In this document: in pieces, positions 1 through 14,064 of the stretch | How positions within the stretch are numbered: position 1 is the first letter of the stretch | How the letters are laid out: every line of letters starts with the position of its first letter | Source of the DNA: Tubiluchus corallicola | Lineage: Eukaryota; Animalia; Priapulida | Direction of reading: 5' to 3' | NCBI GenBank assembly: GCA_030141605.1 | Contig: JAQGDQ010000011.1 | Coordinates: 1,050,066-1,114,065, forward strand | DNA length: 64,000 nt | Translations under genes and position numbers: made by a program | The notes under the pieces: generated by a model | Database searches by the model: none | Seen by the model: the letters and a program-made list of their open reading frames with translations, nothing else | Told to the model about the DNA's origin: nothing

Positions 1-80
1 TTTGAATGGAGCAGCAATACAAATATGCCTGTTTTTTTCAAGCTTTGTCAACTCCAGCATTTATTATTCCATCTGTTTAG

Positions 81-1282
81 GGAAGCATCCGGTGTCTGCT
101 CTGACGGAACTGTGCAACAAGCGACGGTGGGGACCGCCTCAGTTTACTCTCGTAGATTCTACTGGCCCTGATCATAGAAAACATTTCCTGTTTAAGGTAA
201 CGTCTTTCTAGCCTTATTTTTGTTTACTAGAAGTAGAAAGTTTACGAAGGAGTTTACAATTCCCCACAATTTAAATACCATAACTCTAACTCTAACCTCA
301 CCTTAATTTTAATCCTAATTCACGAATTAATTTCTTGTGTGTGGAGAATTGTAAACTTTAGCCAAAGTTTATTATACGTACAAAAAGCAAGAAAGCTTTT
401 CTGTGTTTCTTGTTGTTTCTCCACTTTTACTAATTAATTACTAAAGTAATTGTTTTTGTTATTATTTAATCATTTTACTGATGCACAATTTATTACAGCT
501 TGTGCACGGGAATATTTTATGAACACGAATTAGCCATTCTAATGTAGAATAAATAAAAGCAGTGATAGGCCTAATACTGTAATTTTTAGCTTGCATGTAT
601 TTAGTTTATCAACCATAAAATTTTGAACCAGTCGTATCTAATTACACATATAGATTGGCTTCACCTACCATCGTTTGATGACTTGTTGTCAGTCTGACAA
701 GATAGTTTCTAATTTGTTGTACACTGTATCTTTTTGCAAGTTTTCCACGTTTTTTGGCCATAGGTTTTTTTGTAGCTTGTATATTACCTTTTTAGACAAT
801 AGAGAACACCACCACCCATTATTTTCAACAACTCGATTCCTCAATTGCATGCAGCATATCAAAGTATTATTACTACTGGCATAGGCGTCAGTTAATTTGC
901 ATATTAAGCATGACAGTGCAGTCTTGTCACCCGGTCATTCAAGTGGTTAAAGAAGGAAAATTGTAAACAAAAATTTTTACCACATTCTGTATTTGCTGCA
1001 GTACTAATGTTTTAAAACATGTTTAAGTGTAAATATTTATTTAGCAGCAATAATCAATGTTTGCCTCAGTATACTGTAGAAAATAACTTGTAACAGAACC
1101 AGTTCTAAAAATTACAATTAGAGAGTGAAATATTAGTAAATTCAGTGATTCTTTATCTTCTTCAGGTAAAAGTTAATGGTGTGGAATACATACCAACGAT
1201 AGCTAGTCCTAACAAGAAACATGCAAGAGCTCAGTCTGCTACCGTGTGCCTACAGTCTCTCGGTTTATTACCAAACACTTGA
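81..1282 (+). CDS. SON: SON RNA-binding splicing cofactor, last two coding exons (C-terminal dsRNA-binding motif); 5' part lies outside the window
   Basis: Exons 81-196 (ttttag-like acceptor ...AAG|gtaac) and 1166-1282 (ttcag|...TGA) give GKHPVSALTELCNKRRWGPPQFTLVDSTGPDHRKHFLFK/VKVNGVEYIPTIASPNKKHARAQSATVCLQSLGLLPNT*. This matches the SON C-terminal DSRM (GKHPVSALMEICNKRRW...SGPDHRKHFLF...ASPNKKHAK). Confidence 0.92.
253..357. mobile_element. Small MITE-like element with terminal inverted repeats and internal CCTAAC-like repeats
   Basis: gtttacaattccccaca and tgtggagaattgtaaac are near-perfect inverted repeats. Related sequence lies at 46960-47035 in reverse orientation. Confidence 0.6.
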
Positions 1283-1576
1283 ACATTCGTTGCAGAGCTT
1301 ATACGACTGTTTAAACTGCGACAGAAAAATATTTGTAAATACTCATTTCTGAGGATATCTGCACAACTGCGTCTGTAATGTTTTGTATTAATTGCTGATC
1401 ATGGAGCTGCAGTGTAGATTTTTTGTAACGTGCACACCGTGTGCTTACTAATGTATCTAATGAAATGCGGATTTCATAGTTAAAAAATGGGAAGCATTAA
1501 TTTTACTCAGTCATGCAATAACTAGAAAATTTCTAAATCAAAGTACCAAATTTTACAATTTCAGTATTAATGTGTA

Positions 1577-1582
1577 AATAAA
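1577..1582 (+). terminator. Putative polyadenylation signal of SON
   Basis: AATAAA about 295 nt after the SON stop codon, followed by T-rich sequence. Confidence 0.5.
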
Positions 1583-1891
1583 AGCTATTTTGCAAAGATT
1601 AATTTTACGTCGTACTTTTTTCTGATTTCATCACGTCAAATTACATCAAGATTCATTCAAGAATTGAGCACACTAAGCAAGTTCCATTCTATGAATGTCA
1701 GGTAAACAAAAACAACGTCTGCCAGCAGATCCATTTACTACAAACAGCGTGTCCCATCACATTCTTAACTAAAGACAGTCCATGTCAGTTTCAAACACTT
1801 CCCAGCCAAAACACAAGATCACACGTTTTAGACGCTCATTAGAAAAATCAATAAACTTTGATTCACACAGCAACGATGCACCCGAAACCTG

Positions 1892-4800
1892 TCAAGGTGT
1901 AAACGTCAGATATTTTCTCGTTAACCGGTCGTTTGAAGATTGTTCCGAAGTCACGTTGTTTGAATCAAAGTTCATGGGCTCGGTTTCTGTGGAAGAACGT
2001 CGCTGTGCAATATCCTTGAGTAAGGCTTTTCCTTCTTCTCTAGTCTGAAACAGAAGAAAGGGGATCAGTTATGGGACAATGTCTAGTCTCTACAGTTCCT
2101 TAACCTCATTCCCCAGCCTGATAACTTGAACAATTCGAACATGGCAATCACTAAAACTCCCTGTACAGATAAATGAACATCATCTGATTGGGTCTATAAA
2201 TAGTCTTGTATGGTCCATCTTTCATTTGCATGCATCTGCTTCTTCAAAATCTACATGTAACTGTTATTTCATCATTTGTATCTACTCTTGTAGTACTAAA
2301 TTCCATATACTGAGAAAAATTCTACATTTTTTTATACAGTATTTGAATTTTTAATACACTTGTACATATACTGGAATGCAGATTTTCTGACTTAGCATTG
2401 TTTGTGCTGTTGCAATGCAATGTCATACATTTCAAATTTGTTGATAAATTGCATTAAAGGATGCAGATGCAAATTTTATGCTGCATTAATTGACATTAAA
2501 TTGATATTTCAATGCACTTGTCATTTTTTGCATTTTTTAGAAAATCGTTCTTTATCACTTTCTCAATCACTTTTCTTTATGGTTGTGAATTCTTTCCACT
2601 ACCGTTTCTTACAACATATTTCGTGATATTTCATATATTAAGCATTGGGTAGTCCCCTGGCATTTGGTAAACTGCTTGTAAATGTGTTTTAAATCTATTT
2701 TTCTCATTCAGAATTGGCCCCTTGTCAATTGTGATCTACTTGTTTTTATAAAATTCTCGCTCAACTCAGCTTTGTGATATTCAACCGTCAGCCAATTTTG
2801 TCATTTTTATACAGTTTAGTACTCCGTAAGAAATTAATGGAGATGGTTATCGACAGACAGGAACGTAGCCCATTATCAAGGACAAACCTAAAACGAAATA
2901 AACTAAATTGGCAGAGATGAAAATATCACACCACTATGAAGTAAACAATCGGTGTAATAGCAAATGAAGTGTCCAGAAAAGCTTTGTTTAGCAGTCACTC
3001 ATCCAGCTAGTGTGATTTGCTTTGGCAATGGTTAAAGGAAAGGACAAGTCACAGCACATGGGGTTTATTTAACAGCTATCACTTAAACTTTGAAAAATAT
3101 AACAAAGAAATTTGCAAAAAAACTCTACAAAGCATGAAGTTAATTATACTATAACTGTATAGAAGTTTTCAGGTGCACTGGTAGCAGATATCCACGTAAA
3201 TATTATGGCATAACTGGTGGACTTTGTGACTTTTCGTAAAGACATAGTGACCTAATAGCTATCTAATTTTTTGTGAAAGCTAATACAATTGATGGAAACT
3301 GCCAGTGTGTTGCTTTTCTTCAGTCAATGAATGACGTCATTGGTTGAAAAATGGGAGCACCCAAATGTGAAATGTGAAATGATCATGACCGAAAACTGAT
3401 TTTACTAATTACATGAGGCAGTCATCATACTTTTATTAATAAATCATTCTAATATTTTTCACAAACATTGAAATAAGACTAACTTTGCAGAAGGCTTGAC
3501 CTTTCGTTCAAGTTCGGTTGCTAAGCCTAAAAATTCAGCTGTCCTGTCATTTCCTTTTCTGTAAACCTCATCACTTCTGCTAGTTCAAAATTCACGCCCA
3601 AGGAGCACCTACTTTTAATCCAGACATGAAAATTAATCCTGATTTTGATATTTCATTACTTTTTTAATGTGCCATAATTGTAAGAAAACTTTTAACTAAC
3701 ATTTACCTCTGGATATTCAGTGCACTTCTGAGCATATTTATAAGCCTCCTCAAACTGCAGTTTTCTCACGCAGTAATTTGCCAAATACCTATAAGCTGAA
3801 CTTTGCTCTTCTCGGTCTGTTACCTGAAAAAGTTCTCATACCATCAAATACACTAGCCAACATTTTTAGATAATAAACCATTGCATCTATATAACTAAGG
3901 TCTGCATAGACAAATTTAACATTCAATTGTAAGGTTTTCTGGATAGGAAACTTTTCCCTGGCAAACTCCACACAATAACATAAGCGGCATACCGACGCAG
4001 CTTCAGCTTCCCAAATATATTCAGTGTAGGCAGCTTTAGCTTGATCCTCTTCACCGAGTCTTTCGTACAACCTGAAAGGGTAATGTACGTGTAAGCAGCA
4101 AGAATAATAATGGTAGTTACTTATGAAAATTTGACTGTTAATTTAGAGTTACATAGGAAATTATGTAAGGCAAATATAATTCAGCAGTCTGCAAATGGGA
4201 CCTGGCACTCAAGAGCAAGGCCTATTTAATGCAAATGGTCATAGCAGCAATGCAATCTAACTCCGTTCTCTGAGATGAGATACTGAACTGACAAGTATCC
4301 TAAGCATGCTTGGATGTATGATACAACAACCATGGTAGCCACGGCAGCAACAAGTCTAAAATGACAACAACAATTTTTCCAATACTTGAAGCACACCAAC
4401 TTTAAAATGGAAAAATGCACATAGAAGTGCTCAACTCTTTCCAGTGGTCACATATCCATTCACTACCCGGAGTTGTAGAGTTGTACGCTAAGTTTAATTT
4501 CAAAGCCTAGCACTGTAGTTGTGAATAGCTGACAATAAACAATGGAATACTACATACCGTGCTAGCTTGATTAAAGCTATGCCTTCAACATCACACACTG
4601 AATACGCTTTCCAAAAACACTTCTTTGCCTCTAGCAACCTGTCCAACTTCTCATAATTGTCGCCAAGTGCCACTAACATCCGTGAATCATTTGGTCTGCA
4701 AATTCATTAGAAAATGTTTAAAACTTCACAAACATTGCACTAGAATTGGCTTGTTTATCTAAATCAATAAAATACTTTCAGATTAAAATGAAAATACTAA

Positions 4801-7800
4801 AACTGTCAAAAGTTCCATGAGTTGCTGCTCAGATAATACCTCACAAGACTGAATGCTGACCGAAACACCAGAGATTTACACACTAAATTTGAGAGTATGG
4901 TGGATTTGCAACTGGTTCAACAATATTTTGATGTATTAAATTGTTCTGTATTATTAATCATTACTTCTGAACCCCCTAGAAAAACGTTATGTACGACCCT
5001 GTGCATGCATTTGGCTGTCAAAATGGCCGTTGCAAAAACCAAAACATTCGTAACACTTGATTGTTTGTGACAGAAGGTTTGGTAACCTCGAGATTTCTTG
5101 ACAAGAAATGCAAAAAAACTATATTTTTTATCACAAAAGTGCATGTTTTTCTTTATTCTTAGGAAGAGCACTGAGATGTATGGATAGATCATTTTCTGCA
5201 GCTGGCACACATGCAGTGTAGGTGGCGCAAAAAAAACTGAGAAGTTTTTACCATGATATTATAAGAAAATACCAGAATCACTTGAAAATTACTGCATTAA
5301 TGTTACAGTCATTTATGTGTACACATTAAAAATTTTAAGGTCATTTCCTTAGATTTTTCCAAAAATACAGAAATTTACACGTCAACAAGGCTGTTTTTCA
5401 GTTGACGATTGTCAATACCACAATGCCTTGTAGGACATTTGCTTCCCAATATTTTTATAGTGTAAACCTCCGCACATTTTTCTGCTCCACCCGATATAAA
5501 CAGATTTATTGTAGTCAAGACAAAGTGTTATAATATTTATGACATTTAAGTTGCAGACCATGTTGTGAATAACAGAAATTTTGTGCAAAAATTCTTGGTT
5601 GAAACGTCACCGTAACAGCAAGCAACAAGCCAAAATGAACAAAGTTTCTTGCAAAACTGCAATTGTAAATCCTAAACCTCATTAAATTTTAATGTTAATT
5701 CACTTATTCATGTCCAAACAAATGCACAAAAACTGATTTATCCTTTTTTATTTGCCAACCGTGAAAAGGCAAAACAAACACAGACCATCATGTACACATA
5801 ATCAGAATAACGAAATTACAACAAATATACTAACCTCAATTTTTCTGCTTGCTGGTAGTAGTATAAGGAGTAAAAAGGCATCTTTAGAATCTCATAAGTC
5901 TGGCCTAAGCCATACCATGCCCTGTAATCCCTCCTGTTCACTTCTAAAATGAGAAAAACACTATGTGAGGTAACTTTCGTGGGGTAACTTCAAGACAACA
6001 TGCATGTATAAGAATTAGCCACCTAGGATGTGCTTTCTTAGTATGTAATAGTGTAACAAAATGCAAAATACCTATAGCGTGCCTGTATGCTTGTATTGCC
6101 GCTTGCGTGTTCTTCATTTCCATAAACTCATGACCCATCAGCGTCCAAGCTGACAGGTAATTAGGATTCAGCTTGAGAGCTCTCTGGAAACAAACAACTG
6201 CCTTTTCGTGTTGTGACCGCAAGCTATAGTAATTACCTGTCAAAGAAACGCTGACATTAATTATTTCATGACATGATATTATCTCACAGGAGCTGATTAC
6301 TCTGGTTTAAAATAACTTTTCAGAGATAAATAGAAGATCATGGTACAAGCATTAAGAAGTAATTTTTGAAAAATTTGGCACATCTGTAAATTTTACAATC
6401 AGCCAAGTTCAAAATGCAATGAACTAAGTTGGGCAAATGATTACTTTGTAGGTTCTAGCTAATGCAAAGAATTAAGTTGAGTAAATGATTACTTTGGAAC
6501 CACTAGCTAATGCAAAGAATTGATCTCAGTAAATGATCACTTTGGAACCCCTAGCTAATGCAAAGAATTAAGGTGAGTAAATGATCGCTTGGTAATACCT
6601 AGGTCACACAATTGTTTTACCTAAATAGTTTAGCCAATGGTAACGTAGTTACGAAAAAAAGAAGTTGTTAGTTAAATTAATTTACAACACAGCTAAATGA
6701 CCAATCTTTAAGTATTATAAATCAATCAGCCTCCAAAAGATGCAAAAAGTTTTTCATAGAAACAACATTTTCAAATTAGCTGGCAATTAAAGATACCATT
6801 AATCAGAGTATGACTGCAAAATCCAGAATGTTTATAAACCATTGCAGTTTACGTTACAACAATTATTACCCATTGTGGGTACTGAGTTGAAGAAAGAAAG
6901 GAGATGCTGAAAAACTGTGAACCTATATGGACTTGAACACAAGACCTGGGTTAGACCTCTCATGCTCTGCCAGCTGAGCTAGACCTCTCATGACCAGTTC
7001 AACATGATAGAATGGGCTCAAATTTTTCAGGACCCACATTATTGTAAAATAAACCACAATGGTTTATGAATATTTTGGCATTTGCAGTCATAATCTGATT
7101 AACGTTTTTCATACAATTTGCTTAAAAATTATATCTGAGCATTTGGCTGTGTGTATGGAGATTCTATTTGTAATGCTGTCCAGACGATCGTGAATACGTC
7201 TTGCAAATATGACCTACCTAGCTTACTCTGCACTGTTACCTTAGTTTACTTTTGGAGACTTGAGAAGACACCTGCAAATATCTACCACAGTACTACTGAC
7301 AGTAATTAGAAATATATCAGTGTATTGCACACTATCAGACAGTATAATTACTAGCTGTTATTAGCTTAGAGCAGCAATTTATTCAGTAAGTGTAAATGAT
7401 TAAAATTCATAATTTTCATTTCATAATTCATTCAAATGTATTTACCTATCACGCAGCAAGTCTCAACCCTATATTTGTCAACCTCGCAAACATGATGTGC
7501 TAGGCGACTCAATTCGACTCGCATTTCTTTCACATACAGCAAGTTAGAATACAAGTCCATGTTGTCGAGACGAAACGGATCGTCGCTTTGCAATTGTCCA
7601 AAAGTGGCAACAGCCTGATCCACTTCTGTAAAAAAACAAGAACTAGTTTGTCTTTTTACAAATTTTTGTAGCAAGCACCCACAGTGGACATATCATTACT
7701 CCCAGTGCAACAGATACTTCAGAAATATTTACTGCAGTAATAGAAAATGGTACTAATTAAGATCACAAAGAAAAAATGTAAAAAATATATGGTTTCTTAA

Positions 7801-10800
7801 CACTTTAAGCATTATGTCTCTGCATTAATTAGCACCTCTCATGTTTTGCCAACAGATGGCAGTCTGTGCTGTGATGTAACTGCTCTTGCCAAAGCCGGCG
7901 TTCTGCAGTTGTTCATAAACGTTCAAAGCCTCCTGGTTCATTTGAAGTTCGAGAAAGACGTGGGCAAAGAAAAACCACTTCATCCAGTGATCAGGTACAG
8001 GCAGTGATGATAACTGAAAAGAAAAAAAACATGGTAACAACTGATAAAAATTCTTGAAATTTTACTGTAGGCAGTCTAGCCTTTTTATCCTGCTCACCAT
8101 CATATCACACTTATGCAACAGATATAATAGATTAAAGGTCAACGACTTCATGTGAACGTAATGCACGATGCGTGAACCGTAATGCATATACAACAGTTTG
8201 TATTTGAACACGTGAAAGTGTTTCCATGCGCACGTAATGTGCAATCCATAATGCACTATGCGTGATCTGTAGTCGCTCAAATGTCATCGTCCAAATATGC
8301 ATCAAGCAGCAATATACAGATTGGAAACTATCCTGGGTAGGCAAATTAGACAATTTTCAAGTTTCCAGTGACCATTTTTGCTGATTGGTTTTCTGGAAGT
8401 TCTTGTTATGTGAACTTTGGTCACTTTAAAACATGCACACAATAATATTTCTTCCACTTGAGTTTTTGAGGGGTGGAAAGTGTATTATGTGTTACGAATC
8501 TAGTTACATTTCTTTCATTAAATGATGATGAATGTTGTATTGTTCTTCTCCCTGCAAAATGTTGCGCACCCAAACCTGTGCTTCCTTTTCCATCTAATAG
8601 TACAGTAATAAGCTAATGCCACCACTGTAATTATCATACTGAAATTTCGATGGGGGCATGTTTTCCAAAAATTATTAGTTTCAATTTTCACGAACAGCAA
8701 CCAAAATGGTGGTAAGAGTGTCGTGATCTTTGTTAATATGCATAGCGTTCACGGACACATGGAAACAGTCAATACGCCTCATGCATTGCGGATCACGTAT
8801 CACGCACATATGGGACCCCAGCTTAAGAATTAAAGAATTGCTCTCTCATACGAGAAATTTAAAGCAGGTCTTTCCCATTGCATTGCTAAAAATGTTTTGC
8901 AAAATCTTTAATTTTCACAACTAGTGACCAGTAGTGAGCTGACATACTGTGCAACTGCATGTTTGCTCTGAAAGTCTCTGATTCAAACCAAGCTCCTATT
9001 CATATTTTCTTCTTTCCAGTTAAGCTTGAAGGCAAAAATTCAATGTCAGGGCTTCACTTCAGGAGAGCAGAACCTTGAAATGCTGATAATAACTTTTCAC
9101 AGCAGCTTTTACCACCCTTGTGGTAGTTTTTTAGACTTGTCAATGAATGGGAGTTTACTGTGCATGACAGACAGGCAACATATCTAACTGATATATAATA
9201 TACAACTATGCAGTGCACAAGAAATTTAGTAAACAAAAATGGCTTACTGTCTCTTTGTCAGTTATCAGAGTAGCCAGCTCCATCCAACAGCCCCAGTGTA
9301 TTGGTAACTGCTGTAAAGCTTCACACAAAATATGCAAAGCCTCCTCATTGAGTTGCAGCTTCCTCAAAACAATGCCATATCTAAAACAAAATGTAATCAG
9401 TATGAATGACTTCAAACTAACAATACATACAATATCATAATAAAGGATTAGGTTATCATCTTTGGCAGATTTATATGAATTTAAATTAAGCAAAATACAG
9501 GGTGTTCCATAAGTCACTAATGATTTCTAATTTTCTTTTTAAATTTTTCTCTAATCTCAGCAAGCTCTTACATAAATCAAAAGGGGTCTTTAGCAATTCA
9601 TTGATGTATTTTTCTACTGAAACCCCCGTGGCTGTAGCGTCAACAGCAACATTAGAAATGAGGTGCAAAATCAGGCTCGCATGAGGCGGTTCTTCGATCA
9701 CCAATTGAAGTTCAGTAGTAATTCAGAGCACCATATGAACCACACTATTATCTCACTATTAACAAAGTAGTTTTTCGACAAGGTACAGCCTTTCCTCACC
9801 ACTCATGGGCTGCAAGAGACTTTTTTAACGCATGATAAATGATTTGCTATTGGATTCGCCTCTGAAGCTCTTGAGGTCTCTGAAGAAGAGGGCGAAAATA
9901 GCAAAGCCTTCTAGTACACATAAATATAGACACGATTCACTTACAAATAAAGACCATAGCCATCGAGTTCATTTTTTCCGTACTTTTTCTCTAACTCTGC
10001 TCTCAGGTCATGTAGGTAACTGGTGTCCACTTCCTGCGAAGGCACTAAAGCAAGAAAATTAAAACAAAGAACAATATAATTTAAAAGTAACCAAGAACAT
10101 TGAAGGGAGAGTATGCTTGCTATATAAATCACTGCACATAAGGACAGTGGTTGCTCAAAAACAAATGGGATCATTATACAAGCGAAAATATTAATACTGT
10201 AAACAGCCTGTTTAATAAAACTATGGATAATTATCCATATGACCATATATCCGTATCACTGTTGCATGGTTAAGTCATTCTGCAGGCATGTAAGTGAGCT
10301 GACTGCCGCGTGTTTAACTGTAAAAATATTAATTGGGTAGAAACGTTTACGTAATGCATATTGCCAAATACACACGCTTGCAACAGGCTCGATATAATAA
10401 AACTGCTTTTTATTAAGACCACTTATTGTTGGTCCCGTGGTGGTTTTATTAAGCGGCAACTACCGTACTAGCTTAGAAAAATCATTTTTTACTAATTTGC
10501 TGATGATAGGAGTATCAGTTACATTTTCTGGAAGTAAATGACGTTGTAGATAACAGAAAAACAAACTTGCAGAAAGAATTTCACAAATAAAAAGAGCAAG
10601 GAAAAATGTTTGAATTTACAAGCGGATGTACATTACTTCTGAAAATAATACATTATCATCTATACATAATTAGTGTAAATAAAATTTTGTTAACTTGATT
10701 ACATAATGAAGAAACACATAATTTAATTACCAAGCGAATCGACTCGGTCATCATTCTTCTTCTTCTCCCCAGCCTATCGATAAAGATATTTCTTAGCATG

Positions 10801-13800
10801 TTTTAAACGTATGTCAACGTCTGTCCTCAAACAAATACACTGTTTTAGATCTATAGCAAAACTAGCACTGTTAACACTTTCTCGGAATGCATATGTTCTC
10901 GGAGTTATTGATTTTCTTGTACAATATTGTATGTTTCAGTTTTGTATTAAATTTTCATCTCTGTGGGAATATATTTCTGCTAAGTATTGTGCCAGATCAG
11001 ACAGTCTAGATTGTAGAGCATACTCTAGAGAAAAAATTTTGGTTTGCCAAAAATGTGGTGTTATGCAAGGCATTATAAAGGGGGACGTCATAACAAGGTT
11101 TGACTGTACTTCCTCATTGTAACAATGCATAGTATATAAGCTATGTATATAAAAAAACAGTTCAGGCATTAAAAAAGGTGACAGAACAGACAGAAAAGAG
11201 GCAAAGTAGAGAGAGTTGTGCTGCCTCTGAGATTTGGCATAAAGAGAACCATAACTCTGTTGCCAGCAATACTTTGTTTTGGATTAGCAAACAAATTGTT
11301 TTCTCTACAGAAGTGTTTGGCAAAATAAATTAAAAGCATTCTTCATCAAGACTGCAGTTTTAAAGTCAATTCTATTAGTCTATGACATCACTTTAGGCGA
11401 GCTTTCCATGTGCATGATTTCGCATGCACTGCAGTACGTGGAAAAGTTAGTTCACTGCAGTTGTGTGACACTGTGGGTGCTTCCGCACACTGGTATTATC
11501 TCGCAGGCAGAAAAGTCGCATCAATAGTAGACTATAGTAACACAAGCAAATTATATAAATAATAAATAAATTATGAGATAAAATTCGGCTAATTTCCGCT
11601 ATGATCATCGCCACTGGCCTTTAAAGGTACTGTACCCTGCTTACAAGTCAGACCCTTGATGTCCATGAGGCTATTCATCTTCTTCCACGTGTTGCTTGTC
11701 AGAAGCTTGTTCCCATAATCAGCAGTGTCATAAATAAACTTGTGTAGTTCAGCAAGATCTATTACCCTCTCCTGCTGCTCAGTGGTGAGTTTCATACAAT
11801 GCTTCTTCCCTTCCTGAGACATATTAGTCAAGTGTTGAGAAACACGGCAAGTACAGAACAAGCCAGCTGCATTAGTTGTCAACAAAACGCGTAGATGAGG
11901 ATTTCCCGGAATTTCCTGCATGATGACCTTCTAATTCGGCGATTCCACACACGTGGAAATATATTACAACACGTGCTGAAACTTACCAGTACAAATGCGC
12001 ACATGGAAAGCACGCCTAACACAATCCGATTAAAAGCTACAATACACAGAACACAACATGATGAAACATTGAATTATGAAAGAAGTACAAGGTACAACGA
12101 CCTATAGCGGAAGCAAAAGAACTATAAGCTAGTGCCTCAGTCAATAGACAAGTTAAAAAGTAGATAAATGAAACCGAAGAACTGATGGGAAATAATAAAA
12201 AATAAGAAATATTACATAGAAGTAAATTTACCATATATTTAGAATATATGTATAAAAAGTATAGCAAATGGCTCTTTGCCGATGCTGCAAAAAATGCCGC
12301 TCGGTCATATTCTCGGAGGTCAAAGTAACTCTTTACCAAAATATACGTTTCAATTTCGCCAACCTGAAAGTGAAAGGAACATTCATGAATTTCACCAGCT
12401 ACTAAAATTTAAAAAGCGAAATAAATGAGATGTCTCAGTGTTTGCTTAGAAACCAAAGTTGAACAGTCATATTACGATATAGTTTCAACAAAATGCTAAG
12501 AAGATTTCTTGTATTACTTTAGCAGAACTAAATCATAGTTTTTATTATTGCAGAATTACTGTCAGCTGTGCTGCTCACTGCTCAGACATCTGTAATTACT
12601 GTCATCTGTAATTTATTTTGTGAAAATCACTGCAGCCTTACCAATCTGCCATGATATGAACAAAAACTGCATAAATTTGAAAAAGATTTGATTTAAAAAA
12701 ACAGCTGAAAATTCAAGAATCAAATTTGATTTGATTTAAAAAAATAACTGAAAATTGAATATTCAAATTCGATTCGGTTTTGAAAACTATACTAAACTAA
12801 GATTCAGATCTAATCCGAACTCGAAAATTATTTTAAAATTAATTCGGTTTAGATATGGATTTGGCAATTTCAGATTCATCCCATCCCTAGCAAGTGCTAA
12901 CTTACATTTCCCAATTGATGTGTATCCGTTGAAATACTAGAATCTGTTGGGAGTCCATCGATATCTCGTAATGAAAACAGGAGCTCAGATAACCTAAAAA
13001 GCAGATCACAAAGAATAATCAACAGCTTCCCTTGTGCCAATGGGAACAATGACAATAAATACTACAGTCGCTCGACCCACTTTATAATATGTAGCGGTTG
13101 TCTATTCACCAGAGTGTGCCATTGTACTTTTAAGATTGAAAGAATGTAGTACTGATGAATTTACCTAGTAATTGATTTGGAACTACCAAGGCACCAAACC
13201 ATAACCTTGTAAACTGCTTCAAAATAATCAGTGGAAACAGTAAATTCTGAAAGAGGCAGACTATTCTAGTCCTCATAGAATCATTGCTGGTCACAATTTA
13301 AAGGTGTGCATCAAACTAAACTAACAACAGAGTTTACTTGTGCAGGTATCATGTAGTTCAACGCTAGAATCATCTCTTGTCAACTATAGTTGACAGTTTC
13401 AGAAGACACATGAAAGAGGCCCGCTTACAGATAATATGGTATAGGTTATTATAATACCGATCCATTGGTTCATTAAGGCCAGTTATCTCTTTTTACAGAC
13501 AAACTAGAACGTAATCCGAAGCATTGGGTTAATTACAGGCACGCTCGTACATTTTGCTTGTATGAAAAAATGTACAAACTTTAGTATAATGGTATGCTAT
13601 GTTTCAGGAATCCCCTCTGGCCTTCAACTAAGGCATGGGTGATGCCGTTCCCTCGGTTCCTCTAAGTCATTCAAAGACACATTACATAAACAACGACAGC
13701 ATCAGATGGCGAAATAGACCGCTTTAAAGTCTTTATGGTCCTACAAGTTTACCTGGGAAGTTACTGTGGTCCATAACCTATTTCATTTAACATCAAAAAT

Positions 13801-14064
13801 GATAATGTAAAAGCCAGAAGTGTCCTAGCTACGTTAGTATCATTTATTTCTATTTAGAAACGTCAAAGGAAATTCGCAAGAACAGCATAAGAGGTGTTCT
13901 CTTCCGTCGCTTATATCGCCTATTTTAAAACTCTGACTAACAACTACATACCACTTTCCTGAATGTACTAAACCACGTTTACTGCAGTTATAATGTGCTG
14001 TATATAACTCTCTTTTAGCTTCAAGCAAATTACACGAAATAACAACACCTGAAACGTCCGCCAT
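1892..14064 (-). CDS. CDC23: Cell division cycle 23 / APC8, TPR subunit of the anaphase-promoting complex; 14 exons, about 575 aa
   Basis: Exons (minus): 14064-13952, 12993-12906, 12363-12232, 10773-10731, 10044-9945, 9380-9248, 8013-7836, 7625-7446, 6236-6072, 5943-5835, 4695-4558, 4071-3993, 3823-3707, 2044-1892. All introns are GT-AG with consistent phases (1728 nt total). Diagnostic peptides: [115 protein letters not shown]. Confidence 0.97.
3180..3515 (+). repeat. Dispersed repeat, also present at about 17880-18305
   Basis: Shared blocks taactggtgga, tgaat..cgtcatt, gggagcac/aaatgtgaa and agaaggcttg.cc. Confidence 0.65.
6421..6592. repeat. Minisatellite, about 3.5 copies of a 48-bp unit
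   Basis: Unit ctagctaatgcaaagaattaagttgagtaaatgattactttggaacca, in a CDC23 intron. Confidence 0.85.
6799..7102. mobile_element. Palindromic non-autonomous element with an internal tRNA-like segment
   Basis: Inverted termini ttaatcagagtatgactgcaaa...tttgcagtcataatctgattaa, extending about 55 bp. The internal minus-strand segment ctagctcagctggcagagcatgaga...gtgttcaagtcc carries A and B boxes. Confidence 0.65.
8135..8820. mobile_element. Degenerate MITE-like element with inverted terminal regions
   Basis: atgcgtgaaccgtaatgcat...gtttccatg near 8170-8230 is inverted relative to catggaaac...atgcattgcggatcacgtat near 8758-8800. Confidence 0.5.

Noticed and set aside
6421-6592. CRISPR-like periodic repeat
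   Set aside because: The context is a eukaryotic intron. The whole unit is repeated with no unique spacers and there are no cas genes, so it is a minisatellite.
6929-6985. Functional tRNA gene
   Set aside because: Only A/B-box-like segments are present; the anticodon and acceptor stems are not intact.
11589-11921. 110-aa minus-strand ORF in CDC23 intron 3
   Set aside because: It is not needed for the CDC23 frame and has no recognisable domain. It may be a decayed TE, but that is unsupported.
13753-13824. Possible 72-nt poison exon in CDC23 intron 1 (TACTAAC, AG...CAG|GTAAAC, in-frame TAA)
   Set aside because: There is no polypyrimidine tract and the branch-like motif is too close to the AG. 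The true exon 2 (12993-12906) fits the homology.
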